Notes: generated by a model not told the origin, from the sequence alone. 64,000 nucleotides of DNA from Candidatus Hydrogenedentota bacterium (GCA_012730045.1 JAAYBR010000143.1:26785-90784); one strand, 5' to 3'. Positions 9,222-17,664 are shown, counted from the first letter of the stretch. Numbers and translations are program-made.

Positions 9222-10385
9222 ATGCGCGCATTTTCACCGCTCTTTGCCGGGGCCCTGCTGGTGTCCGGCCTGTCCTTCGGGGCGGAACCCCCGGTTTTTG
9301 AGGGCCGCCGGATCGGCACCGGCACCTATGAGTCCGCCGCCATCTTCGACGTGGACAACGACGGCGTCCTCGACCTCTTCTCCGGCGGGTTCTGGTATCC
9401 CGGCCCCGGGTTCGACCGCGCCGTCAAGGCCTGCGAGCCCATGTACCAGGACACCTATTACGACGACTTCTCGAACTATCCCATGGACGTTAACGGCGAC
9501 GGCTACCTGGACATCGTCACTGGCGGCTGGTGGGGCTTGAACCTGTCCTGGCGGGAGAATCCCAAGGGCCAGGAGACCGAGTGGACCACCCACCTCGTGG
9601 CCGAGGTGGGGAATGTCGAGCGCGCCCTCTTCTGCGACCTCGACGGCGACGGCGTGCCCGAGGTCATGCCCGTGACGAATCCCGTGCACATCTTCAAGCT
9701 CAAGAAAGACGCCCAGGGCAAGGGTGCCGGCGGCTTTGAGCAGTTCACCATCGCGGTGAAGGGCGGCGGCGGCCACGGCGCGGGCGCGGGCGACATCAAC
9801 GGCGACGGCCGGCCCGACCTGGTCTTCGCCGGCGGCTGGTTCGAGAACCCGGAAAACACCTACGACATGAACGCCTGGGTGTGGCATCCGGAGTTCGAGG
9901 CCCCCATGGCCAGCATTCCCATGCTCGTGCACGATGTGAACGGCGACGGGCTGGCCGACCTCATCATCGGCGAGTCGCACAACTACGGTCTCTACTGGCT
10001 GGAGCAGGGCAAGGCCGACGGCAAGCGGACCTGGACCAAGCACGACATTGAGACGCGCCGTTCGCAGTTCCACGACCTCCAGCTCCATGACATGGACAAC
10101 GACGGCAAGCCCGACCTCGTGACCGGAAAGCGCTACCACGCCCACAACGGCCACGATCCGGGGGCGAACGACCCCGTCGGCCTCTACTACTACCGCATCA
10201 ACGGCGGCGCCTTTGAGCGGGTCACGGTGGACTACGGCACCCCCGACAAGCACAGCGGCGCGGGCATCTACTTCTGGGTCGAGGACGTGGACAAGAACGG
10301 CTGGAAGGACATCCTCGCCCCCGGCAAGGAAGGCCTCCACCTCTTCCTAAACCAGGGTCCCGCCCCCGTCCCGCCCGCCAAGTAA
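9222..10385 (+). CDS. secreted FG-GAP repeat protein (seven-bladed beta-propeller, integrin-alpha-like)
   Basis: Track ORF 9000..10385 trimmed to the ATG at 9222 (GGAGAAAA upstream), with a signal peptide. There are seven DxDxDG-type calcium-binding FG-GAP repeats (DVDNDGVLDLFSGG, DVNGDGYLDIVTGG, DLDGDGVPEV, DINGDGRPDLVFAGG, DVNGDGLADLIIG, DMDNDGKPDLVTG, DVDKNGWKDILAPG). Confidence 0.7.
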   Translation: MRAFSPLFAGALLVSGLSFGAEPPVFEGRRIGTGTYESAAIFDVDNDGVLDLFSGGFWYPGPGFDRAVKACEPMYQDTYYDDFSNYPMDVNGDGYLDIVTGGWWGLNLSWRENPKGQETEWTTHLVAEVGNVERALFCDLDGDGVPEVMPVTNPVHIFKLKKDAQGKGAGGFEQFTIAVKGGGGHGAGAGDINGDGRPDLVFAGGWFENPENTYDMNAWVWHPEFEAPMASIPMLVHDVNGDGLADLIIGESHNYGLYWLEQGKADGKRTWTKHDIETRRSQFHDLQLHDMDNDGKPDLVTGKRYHAHNGHDPGANDPVGLYYYRINGGAFERVTVDYGTPDKHSGAGIYFWVEDVDKNGWKDILAPGKEGLHLFLNQGPAPVPPAK

Positions 10386-10399
10386 CCCCAACGAAAAAA

Positions 10400-10438
10400 G
10401 CCGCGCGTTCCCAAACGGAACGCGCGGCTTGTGTTTTT
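10400..10438. terminator. bidirectional rho-independent terminator between the FG-GAP gene and tRNA-Ala
   Basis: Perfect hairpin GCCGCGCGTTCC-caaac-GGAACGCGCGGC. It is flanked by an A-run on the left and TTGTGTTTTT on the right, so it can terminate both convergent transcripts. Confidence 0.55.
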
Positions 10439-10442
10439 CCAC

Positions 10443-10518
<76 letters not shown>

Positions 10519-10660
10519 AGCGGTCCGCGTATCTTAGCAACTTCCGGCGCGGGCGCGCAAGTTTCGCTCCGCGGAAAAACCGGAAAAGCGGGGCCTGGGA
10601 CTTGACGAAACCCCCGTTCATCAGTTACGTTTCGCCGGCGAAACTCCGGGAGACGACGGC

Positions 10661-11668
10661 ATGAAAAAGATTCTCAAGCCCGGCCAGCATGTGGTGGGCA
10701 TGGACATCGGCGGCACGAAGATGATGGCCGCCGTGTTCGACAGCGATTTCAACATCCTGGGCGTGTGCCGCAAGAAGAGCAAGGCGAAGTCCCGCGAGCG
10801 CGCCGAGGACCGGATTATCAAGATCATTGAGACGGCCATCGAGGCGGCGGGCGGCCCCAAAATCAGCGGCATCGGCGTCGGCTCCCCCGGCCCGCTTGAT
10901 CCGGACACGGGGGTGATCATAGACACGCCGAACCTCGGCTGGAAGGATTTTCCCCTGGCCGACGTGCTGAAGAAGAAGTTCGGGGTGCCGGTCGCGGTGG
11001 ACAACGACGTCAACGTGGGCACCTACGGCGAGTGGTGTTTCGGCGAGATCAGCGGGTGCCGCCACGTGGTCGGCATCTTCCCCGGAACGGGCATCGGCGG
11101 GGGCATCATCGTGGACGGGAAGATGCTCCACGGGTTCTCCGGCGCGGCGGGCGAAATCGGCCACATGACCGTCGAGGTCGGCGGCCCCTTCTGCGGCTGC
11201 GGCAAGCGCGGATGCCTGGAGGCCGTCGCCTCCCGCATCGCCATCTCCAAGGAGATCGCGGCGCTGGCGATCCGCGAGGACGCCCCCTTCATCCTTGAAA
11301 AGTGCGGCGCCGACCTGGCGGCCATCCGCAGCGGCGTCATCGCCGAGGCCGTCGCCGCCGGCGAGAAAAAGGTGGAGGACGTCGTGCGGCGCGCCGCCTA
11401 CCACATCGGCATCGCCGCCGGGAACCTGATCAACATCCTCAGCCCCGAGGTGGTGGTGGTCGGCGGCGGGCTCGTCACCGCCATGCCCGACCTTTTCATC
11501 AAGGAGATCAGGCGCGGCGTGGCCGACCATGCCATGCCCTTCCTCCGCAAGAACGTCCGCATCCTCCCCGCCGCCCTGGGCGACAACGCCACGGTCATGG
11601 GCGCGGCCCACATGGCCGCCACGCGGCTCAAGGCCGCCCCGGCAAAGCGGAAGGCCCGCGCGCGGTAG
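10661..11668 (+). CDS. ROK family sugar kinase (glucokinase / N-acetylglucosamine kinase-like)
   Basis: ATG at 10661 (GGGAGA upstream). N-terminal ATPase motif GMDIGGTK. The ROK zinc motif CGCGKRGCLE and the GEIGH motif are present. Confidence 0.8.
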   Translation: MKKILKPGQHVVGMDIGGTKMMAAVFDSDFNILGVCRKKSKAKSRERAEDRIIKIIETAIEAAGGPKISGIGVGSPGPLDPDTGVIIDTPNLGWKDFPLADVLKKKFGVPVAVDNDVNVGTYGEWCFGEISGCRHVVGIFPGTGIGGGIIVDGKMLHGFSGAAGEIGHMTVEVGGPFCGCGKRGCLEAVASRIAISKEIAALAIREDAPFILEKCGADLAAIRSGVIAEAVAAGEKKVEDVVRRAAYHIGIAAGNLINILSPEVVVVGGGLVTAMPDLFIKEIRRGVADHAMPFLRKNVRILPAALGDNATVMGAAHMAATRLKAAPAKRKARAR

Positions 11669-11879
11669 GGGGGGGTGTTTCGGTGGAGAAGGCAGGCACC
11701 TCGTCATGGACAATGACGGGCGTGCTGTGGCCAGAGCGCATCAGGGGTGGGATGGGGCGTTGTCGGGAAGATGCCGGGCACGGCATGTCAACTGTGAACA
11801 TGCCCTATTCTGCGGCAAGCTCCTCCCGCGTTTTTGAGAGCGCGGCCGGGGGGCGCGCGTGCAGTTTCAGGGTGCCCGG

Positions 11880-12230
11880 CGTGCTCTCCCACCGTTGCAC
11901 GGTCGAAAATCGCGGCGGGGGGACCGCGCCGGCCTTGGGGAAACGCGCGGTCCCAGTCGCTTTTCGTGTGCCCCCGCGCGGGCAAGCCCGCGCGACGAAA
12001 GTCGGCACCAGACTGCCGCACTCCAAGGCGCCGCGCGCCGCGCGGACCCGGGGCTGCGGTAATGGGCGGCGGCCTGCTTGGACAATATGCGGGTATCCCG
12101 TTGGGACAACAAACACCACATCACGGGCCCGGGGAGCGTTCATGCCGGTCGCAGGCGTTTCTCGAGAGGCCTTTTGGTGCGATTGCCCTGGCGGGAGAAT
12201 GGACACTGCCAAACGGCCTGTGCTACACTT
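11880..12230 (+). repeat. dispersed structured intergenic repeat, copy A (long form)
   Basis: It shares a ~150-bp core (GGCCTTGGGGAAACGCGCGG...TTTCGTGTGCCCCCGCGCGGGCAAGCCCGCGCGA...GGCAGCAAGCCACCGCACTCCAAGGCGCTGCGCGC...CGGACCCGGGGCTACGGTGATGGGCGGCGGCCTGC) and a ~120-bp 3' extension with copy B. It ends about 10 nt before tRNA-Arg. Confidence 0.6.
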
Positions 12231-12239
12231 TTCGCGTTC

Positions 12240-12316
12240 GCGCCCATAGCTCAGTTGGATAGAGCGCTTGCCTCCGGAGCAAGAGGCCACAGGTTCGAGT
12301 CCTGTTGGGCGCGCCA
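12240..12316 (+). tRNA. tRNA-Arg (anticodon CCG)
   Basis: GCGCCCATAGCTCAGTTGGATAGAGCGCTTGCCTCCGGAGCAAGAGGCCACAGGTTCGAGTCCTGTTGGGCGCGCCA. The anticodon loop is CTCCGGA with a CCG anticodon. The TPsiC arm is GGTTCGAGTCC, the discriminator is G and the 3' CCA is encoded. The coordinates cross-check against an overlapping track ORF. Confidence 0.85.
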
Positions 12317-12357
12317 TTTCTTTTAACCGGGCGGTTCTCCCCGCGTCCTCCCCTCCC

Positions 12358-13512
12358 CTACGCGAAATCCTCCAGCGCCAGGGCCGGATTTTGCGCCCAG
12401 GCGGTCTGGGCGCGGTAGTTGCGGTCGGCGGCGGGGTTCCCGTTGATCCCCAGCTCGCCGTAGGTGCCGATGAACTCGAAGCCCAGGCGCGCCGCCCCGG
12501 GGTATACCCGCGCAATGTCCGCCGCGTAATCCCGGTCCACTGTTCGGGTGGAGGTGTTGAACCAGTGGAGGTAGCCGTAGCGGCGGTGTTCCGGCGCCCC
12601 GGCGAACTCTTCGGGGAATCCGGGTTTCCGCACCATCTCGTCGAGGGTGTACTGCCAGACGGTCCCCGGGGGCACGGCGTCCACGTAGGGCATGGCGGGG
12701 AAGGACGCGATCCGGTGGTATCCGCGGTAGGTGCTGTTGATGAAGAGGCCGTCCGGCTTGGCGGCGAGGGCGTGGCGCAGCAGGCCGCGCGTGGCCACCA
12801 CGCAGTCCATCAGGTTTCCGTTGGTCTCGAAGCCCAGCCCCGCCCGCGCGCGGACCGCGCTTTCTGACGGGTTGACAATGAAGTCGCCCATCTCGTAGTT
12901 CACGCCGCCAATGGCGAAGGTTTCCAGCATCCACTCCAGCCCGTCCCGCCACCACGCCTGGTTCTCCGCGAGGGACGGGTCGAGCACGGGGGCCACCTCG
13001 CGGCCGCCGCCGTCCTCGAAGGCGGTGCTGGCCCGCTCGGGGTGTTTCCGGAGATAGGTGGCGAGGTTGAACGGGTGGTCCCCCTCATAGTAGTAGCCGC
13101 CGTAGGCGCACAGGCCCACCCCTGGAAGAATCGCCACGCCATGGTCCCGGGCGTAGGCCGCCAGCTCCTTGGCCGCCTTCACCCCGCCGTGGGCGTCGCG
13201 GAGAAACCCCCAGACAATAACCGCGTGGACGCCAATCCGCGCGGCGTAGTCCACGAGGCGTTTGAAGCCTGTCAGAAACGATTCGGGGCGCTTGCCGTAG
13301 GGGAAGGCCTGCTCCGAGGCCGCCATCTTCCGGCTGACCGCCTCCGGCTCGTCGTCCCAGGTCATCCGCGCGTCCCAGCACCACAGGATGACCTTCATGG
13401 GCCGCGGCGCGGACGGCTCCGCGGCCGCGGCCATGCCTCCCGCCGCGCCCAACGCGGCGGCAGTCGCCATTCCCCGGAGAAAACCGCGCCTCCCCAGCCT
13501 GCCGTGGTTCAT
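12358..13512 (-). CDS. Tat-exported hypothetical protein (possible TIM-barrel glycoside-hydrolase-like)
   Basis: Track ORF 12358..13566 trimmed to MNHGRLGRRGFLRG at 13512 (AAGGAG 8 nt upstream). A twin-arginine motif is followed by an Ala-rich h-region. I recognise no confident family. Confidence 0.5.
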   Translation of the reverse strand: MNHGRLGRRGFLRGMATAAALGAAGGMAAAAEPSAPRPMKVILWCWDARMTWDDEPEAVSRKMAASEQAFPYGKRPESFLTGFKRLVDYAARIGVHAVIVWGFLRDAHGGVKAAKELAAYARDHGVAILPGVGLCAYGGYYYEGDHPFNLATYLRKHPERASTAFEDGGGREVAPVLDPSLAENQAWWRDGLEWMLETFAIGGVNYEMGDFIVNPSESAVRARAGLGFETNGNLMDCVVATRGLLRHALAAKPDGLFINSTYRGYHRIASFPAMPYVDAVPPGTVWQYTLDEMVRKPGFPEEFAGAPEHRRYGYLHWFNTSTRTVDRDYAADIARVYPGAARLGFEFIGTYGELGINGNPAADRNYRAQTAWAQNPALALEDFA

Positions 13513-13631
13513 GCCTTTGCTCCTTTCCGGAACCCGGGGAGAGCATACCCGATGCGGCAAAGGCACGCAACGCGCCGGCCCCTCCCGATCGCCGGATAAG
13601 ACATCGCGGGAACCGAATCCGTGGCGGGAAC

Positions 13632-13712
13632 GAGATTGCCGCGCTTCGCTCGCAACGACAGGAAAACGTGCGTCGTTGCGAGGCGGCCGCCCCGGGCCGC
13701 CGCGGCAATCTC
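13632..13712. repeat. long compound hairpin element (family 2, copy 2)
   Basis: The outer 12-bp stem GAGATTGCCGCG / CGCGGCAATCTC encloses an inner 11-bp stem CTCGCAACGAC / GTCGTTGCGAG plus a GCGGCC...GGCCGC mini-hairpin. It shares the GAGATTGC and TCGCAA(C/T)GAC motifs with the hairpin at 92-165. Confidence 0.55.
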
Positions 13713-14019
13713 TTGTCGGAAGACCTCAGGGTCTCCACACCTCATGGATGAACACGCTCCCTTCGCACCGCCGACACTTTCAGCGCGGATCCCCAAGGTG
13801 TGCGTTCCCTCGAACACGTTCACGACCGTTTCTCATCCGGCGATTCGGGCTCTCCCTCCCCGGCTCAGGGCAATCGCACTAAAATCCGCAGGCTCTTTCT
13901 GGATGGAGTCCGGCCATTGTCCGTTGTGCGACCTCTTCAACGCTGAAAGCGTTGCCGAATTTAGCCCAGGCCAGGCCGCCGCCCGAAGGGCCCGGCCTGC
14001 CCTGGGGTGCCCGGACAGA

Positions 14020-14340
14020 AGGAATCATGCCCCAACGGGGCAGCCGAAATTAAGGCGGGGAGCGCCGCGCAGGCCTTGGGAAAACGCGCGGCCATCGCCG
14101 TCTTTCGTGTGCCCCCGCGCGGGCAAGCCCGCGCGAAGGAAGGCGGCAGCAAGCTACCGCACTCCAAGGCGCTGCGCGCTGTACGGACCCGGGGCTACGG
14201 TGATGGGCGGCGGCCTGCCTGGGCTATGTGCGGATGCCCCGTTGGGACAACAAAGACAGAATCACATAACCAAGGGACGTCCATGCCGCTCGCAGGCGCT
14301 TCTCGAGAGGCATTTTAGTGCGGGATTGCCCTGCTCCCCG
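14020..14340 (+). repeat. dispersed structured intergenic repeat, copy B (long form)
   Basis: Best-preserved copy. The 5' CATGCCCCAACGGGGC is mirrored by GCCCCGTTGGG about 200 bp downstream. It contains the internal palindrome CGCGCGGGC-AA-GCCCGCGCG. It ends ~85 nt upstream of the aldolase gene. Confidence 0.6.
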
Positions 14341-14425
14341 GCTTGACTCACGGCGTACTTCCTGCAAGAATGGGCGCTCCCGGTCCGCTGTCAGGACCGC
14401 AACCAGACACATGAACGGAGTTCCC

Positions 14426-15202
14426 ATGGCCGCACTGGGCAAGCAGATCCGCCTGAACCGCATTTTCAGCCATCCGTCGGGGCGCATCCTGTCGGTGGCG
14501 GCGGACCACCTGATCAACTATTCCATCGGCATGCCGGAGGGGCTGCGCCGCATCGGGGACACGGTGCGCCGGATCATCGAGGCGCGGCCGAGCGCCATCA
14601 CGCTGAACAAGGGCGTGGCCATGCGCTGCGTCACGAAGGAGCTGGCGGGCCGGATTCCGCTGATCATCCAGCAGATGGCCCCCCGGGCCGGCCAGGACGG
14701 GTTCGCCGACCATGCGGAGGTGGAGGAGGCGGCGGCCCTGGGCGCGGACGCCATCGCGGTCGCCCTGTTTGTCAAGGACCCCGGCGAGTTTGCGTTTCTC
14801 AAGCGGCTGGCGCAGACGGTCCGCGAGGCGGAGCGCTTCGGCCTGCCGGTCATCCCGCACATCTACCCCATTGTTGTGAGGGACGGCGCTTCGGTCATCA
14901 GCGACCGGGCCGAGGACATCGCCTATGCGGCGCGCGTGGGGCTGGAGATGGGCGCGGACGTGGTGAAGATTCCCTACACCGGCGACGCCGCATCGTTCGC
15001 CGACATCGTTTCGGTCACGCCGATCCCGGTGGTGACCGCCGGCGGGCCGAAGTGCGAGACGTTGGAGGACGCCGCCGCCATGATGCGGGACGTGGTGCGC
15101 AGCGGCGCGGCGGGCAGCACCGTCGGGCGCAATGTCTGGGGCTTCCCCGACATCGCGGAGGCCATTGCCACGCTCAAGGCGGCCCTGGAGATTGACCGGT
15201 GA
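14426..15202 (+). CDS. class I aldolase, DhnA/DeoC-LacD family (fructose-bisphosphate aldolase-like)
   Basis: Track ORF 14318..15202. ATG at 14426 preferred (GGAG 6 nt upstream); the alternative ATG is at 14411. Conserved VKIPY lysine Schiff-base block and VTAGG. A TIM-barrel aldolase pattern. Confidence 0.7.
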   Translation: MAALGKQIRLNRIFSHPSGRILSVAADHLINYSIGMPEGLRRIGDTVRRIIEARPSAITLNKGVAMRCVTKELAGRIPLIIQQMAPRAGQDGFADHAEVEEAAALGADAIAVALFVKDPGEFAFLKRLAQTVREAERFGLPVIPHIYPIVVRDGASVISDRAEDIAYAARVGLEMGADVVKIPYTGDAASFADIVSVTPIPVVTAGGPKCETLEDAAAMMRDVVRSGAAGSTVGRNVWGFPDIAEAIATLKAALEIDR

Positions 15203-15777
15203 CCCTGACGCGGGACACGGCGCTGGCACTGCTGGAGGCGCACGGGCGCGGCGGCGCGTGGGTGTGCCACTGCCGCGCCGTGGCGGAGCACGCGGCCGTG
15301 CTGGGGCGCGCGCTGGCGCGCCGCCATCCCGTGGACCATGATTTTCTGTGGCGCGCCGCGCTGCTCCATGACATTGGCCGCTCGGTCACGCACGACCCGG
15401 TGGGGCACGGTGTCGAGGGCCACAAGCTGCTGTCCGGACTGGGGCACGCCCGGGAGGCCGCGCTGTGCGCTTCCCACATCCTTTTTGGCCTGGAAGCCGC
15501 CGAAGCCGCGCAATTCGGCCTGTCGGAACGGGCCCACCTTCCCGAGGGACTGGAGGAGAGGATTGTCACCCTGGTGGATTTCCTGGTCGAACACACCCGG
15601 CCCACCACGCTGCGTCAACGGTTTGAATCCCTCAAGCAGCGGAACGCGGAGAATCCTTTCTTCTCCGGGCGGCTCGACCGGGCTCAGGAGCGCGCCCGGG
15701 GGTTCATGCGCTGGGTGGAGGGGGAAATCGGGGAACCGGTGGAGGAACTGCTCGCCCGGCACGGGGCCGTTTCCTGA
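15199..15777 (+). CDS. HD-domain phosphohydrolase
   Basis: GTG start overlaps the aldolase stop (GTGA), which indicates translational coupling. The HD motif LLHDIGR is present with downstream His residues. 192 aa. Confidence 0.7.
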   Translation: MTLTRDTALALLEAHGRGGAWVCHCRAVAEHAAVLGRALARRHPVDHDFLWRAALLHDIGRSVTHDPVGHGVEGHKLLSGLGHAREAALCASHILFGLEAAEAAQFGLSERAHLPEGLEERIVTLVDFLVEHTRPTTLRQRFESLKQRNAENPFFSGRLDRAQERARGFMRWVEGEIGEPVEELLARHGAVS

Positions 15778-15929
15778 GCGCAGGGACGGGAATAGGGCGA
15801 TCCGGCTGAGGTGTACCTGTACCCATGCGGAAACTGAGACGGGTTCCCAACAGTCCTAAAGAGCGACCGCCAAACAGGTTGGCGCGGGCACAGGGGGCGT
15901 TGTTGAACGCGGACCTGGGAAAGGATTCC

Positions 15930-17639
15930 ATGACTTACGCGGATTCCCGGATATTCTCGCGGGGGCTTCGGTGTTTCCTTGCGGTTGCGGCGGTTGTTGC
16001 GGCCGGAGGGGGGGGCGCAGAGGCCGCGGCGGCCCCTCCCCAGGACGCGGCAGCCATCCAAAGCGGCATTGCCGGGTTTGTGGCCGTCGTGGAGACGTCC
16101 TCCCCCGCCAAGCGTCTCGACTACAGGGAATTGACCGTCGCGCTGTTCCTCCGGGCGCATGGCCGCGCGCCCTCCCCTGTCGAGTTCTTCATGATCCGGG
16201 AGACCGCCGAGGCGTTTTCCGCCACGCCGGAGGAGGTGCTTTCGCTGGTGCTGCGGGAAGACCAGCCCGGTCCGACGTGGGACCAGTGCCGCCGGTTTCT
16301 GCAACGTTCCGGGGAGAAAGAGTTCCAGCCTTCTTCGGACGCGGCCGCCGTGGCGGCGGCGCTCGCCGCCACTCCGCTGGAGGAGTTGTTTGCGGAAATG
16401 GATGCGCTGGACGGGGCCAAAAGCGGCGCTGCTCCCGCCGTTCCTGTGGCTCCCCAGACCACCCCCGCCGATCCGGCGGACTATCCCACCTATTTCGGGT
16501 ACTTCCACGACCACAGCGAGCTGTCCCTGGACGCCGAGGGGGATCCGTACCAGGCGTACCGGACGGCGCGCGACCTGGCGGAATTGGATTTCTACTCCCT
16601 GGCCGACCATGCCGAGTACCTGATTCTCTGGCCCTGGGACGACAAGTGGGACACCCTTCGCGATGCCGCGAATGCGGCCTACCAGCCCCATCAGTTTGCG
16701 GCCCTGTGGGGCTTCGAGTGGTCCAATCCCCTGCTTGGCCACATCACCGTGGTGAACAGCGACGGCTTCATCAACGCGGTGAGCACATACGGGCTGGGAA
16801 GCTTCTACCGGTGGATCTCCAGGCAGGCGGATTCGTTTGCCCTCTTCAACCATCCGGGCGACTTTGACCACACAGGCCGGGAGTTCCGCCGTTTCCGGCT
16901 GTCTCCCGCCGGCGTGCCCAACCTTGTCGGCATGGAGCTCTGGAACAGGAGCTATGGATTTGACCAGTACTATTACGCGGGAAGCTGGGAAAGCGACACG
17001 CCCTTCTTTGACCTCGCCCTTCAGAAAGGCTGGCGGATTTCCCCGGGGGGCGGTCAGGACAACCACAGCCGGGCCTGGGGGCTGCGCAACGACTTCCGGA
17101 TGGGCGTGCAGGCGCGGGAGCTGACCCGGGACGGCATTGCGGAGGCCTGTCTGGCGCGGCGCTTCTACAGCACGGAGGACAAGAACCTGCTGCTGGATTT
17201 CCGGTCCTCCGGGCATCCGATGGGGTCCCGGCTGAAAGGGCTGCCCCGGGTTTTCACCGTGAGCCTCGGCGACCGCGGCGGCGACGGGTTCGAGCGGGTC
17301 CGTCTCTTCCGCAACGGCGAATTGGCGCAGGACGCGGCCGTGTCCGGGAACGCGGTGGACGTGGTGTTTGAGGACCCCGACGGCGCGGGGAACGACTACT
17401 ACTATGTGATCGTGACGCAGACCGACGACGGCGACCGCAACGGCCGCAACGATGAGGCCGTTTCCGCGCCGATCTGGTTTGAGGACGGCCCGGAGGACGA
17501 ACCCCGCACCCCCGCCTGCGGCACCCTGTCCGCAAACGCCGCCGCCCGGGGCGGCTGGGGAAGCCTTGCCGTCTGCGTGACGGCCCTTGTGCTGCTGGTC
17601 TGGCTGCGCCGCCGTCCCCTTCCGGGATTCATGAGGTAG
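15930..17639 (+). CDS. PHP-domain metal-dependent phosphoesterase, membrane-anchored/secreted
   Basis: Track ORF 15825..17639 trimmed to MTYADSRIFS (AAAGGA upstream). N-terminal hydrophobic segment. PHP motifs YFHDHSELSLD, LADHAEY, FEWSNPLLGH and FNHPGD. C-terminal TM helix (LAVCVTALVLLVWL). Confidence 0.5.
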   Translation: MTYADSRIFSRGLRCFLAVAAVVAAGGGGAEAAAAPPQDAAAIQSGIAGFVAVVETSSPAKRLDYRELTVALFLRAHGRAPSPVEFFMIRETAEAFSATPEEVLSLVLREDQPGPTWDQCRRFLQRSGEKEFQPSSDAAAVAAALAATPLEELFAEMDALDGAKSGAAPAVPVAPQTTPADPADYPTYFGYFHDHSELSLDAEGDPYQAYRTARDLAELDFYSLADHAEYLILWPWDDKWDTLRDAANAAYQPHQFAALWGFEWSNPLLGHITVVNSDGFINAVSTYGLGSFYRWISRQADSFALFNHPGDFDHTGREFRRFRLSPAGVPNLVGMELWNRSYGFDQYYYAGSWESDTPFFDLALQKGWRISPGGGQDNHSRAWGLRNDFRMGVQARELTRDGIAEACLARRFYSTEDKNLLLDFRSSGHPMGSRLKGLPRVFTVSLGDRGGDGFERVRLFRNGELAQDAAVSGNAVDVVFEDPDGAGNDYYYVIVTQTDDGDRNGRNDEAVSAPIWFEDGPEDEPRTPACGTLSANAAARGGWGSLAVCVTALVLLVWLRRRPLPGFMR

Positions 17640-17664
17640 TTCGGTTGCGCATCGCCGGGCCCGT

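Noticed and set aside
11805-12515. ORFs spanning the dispersed repeat copies (11805..12515, 11834..12262, 13621..14346, 13961..14318, 21073..21495, 21161..21442, 29445..29847) that share peptide strings such as ALECGSLLPPFSARACPRGGT and CPRAGKPARRKAAASHRTPRRCA
   Set aside because: The shared peptides arise only because the DNA is repeated. The copies occur in both orientations and different frames. Copy-specific indels shift the frames, and there are no ribosome-binding sites.
13388-13882. Small ORFs inside the 900-bp gap (13388..13882 plus, 13509..13823 minus)
   Set aside because: No SD and an Arg/Pro/Gly-biased composition. They overlap the hairpin element and are more likely non-coding.
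14020-14340. Diversity-generating retroelement (template/variable repeat) explanation for the near-identical repeat copies
   Set aside because: No reverse transcriptase in the window. The copies are intergenic and not embedded in a target gene. Substitutions are not adenine-specific.
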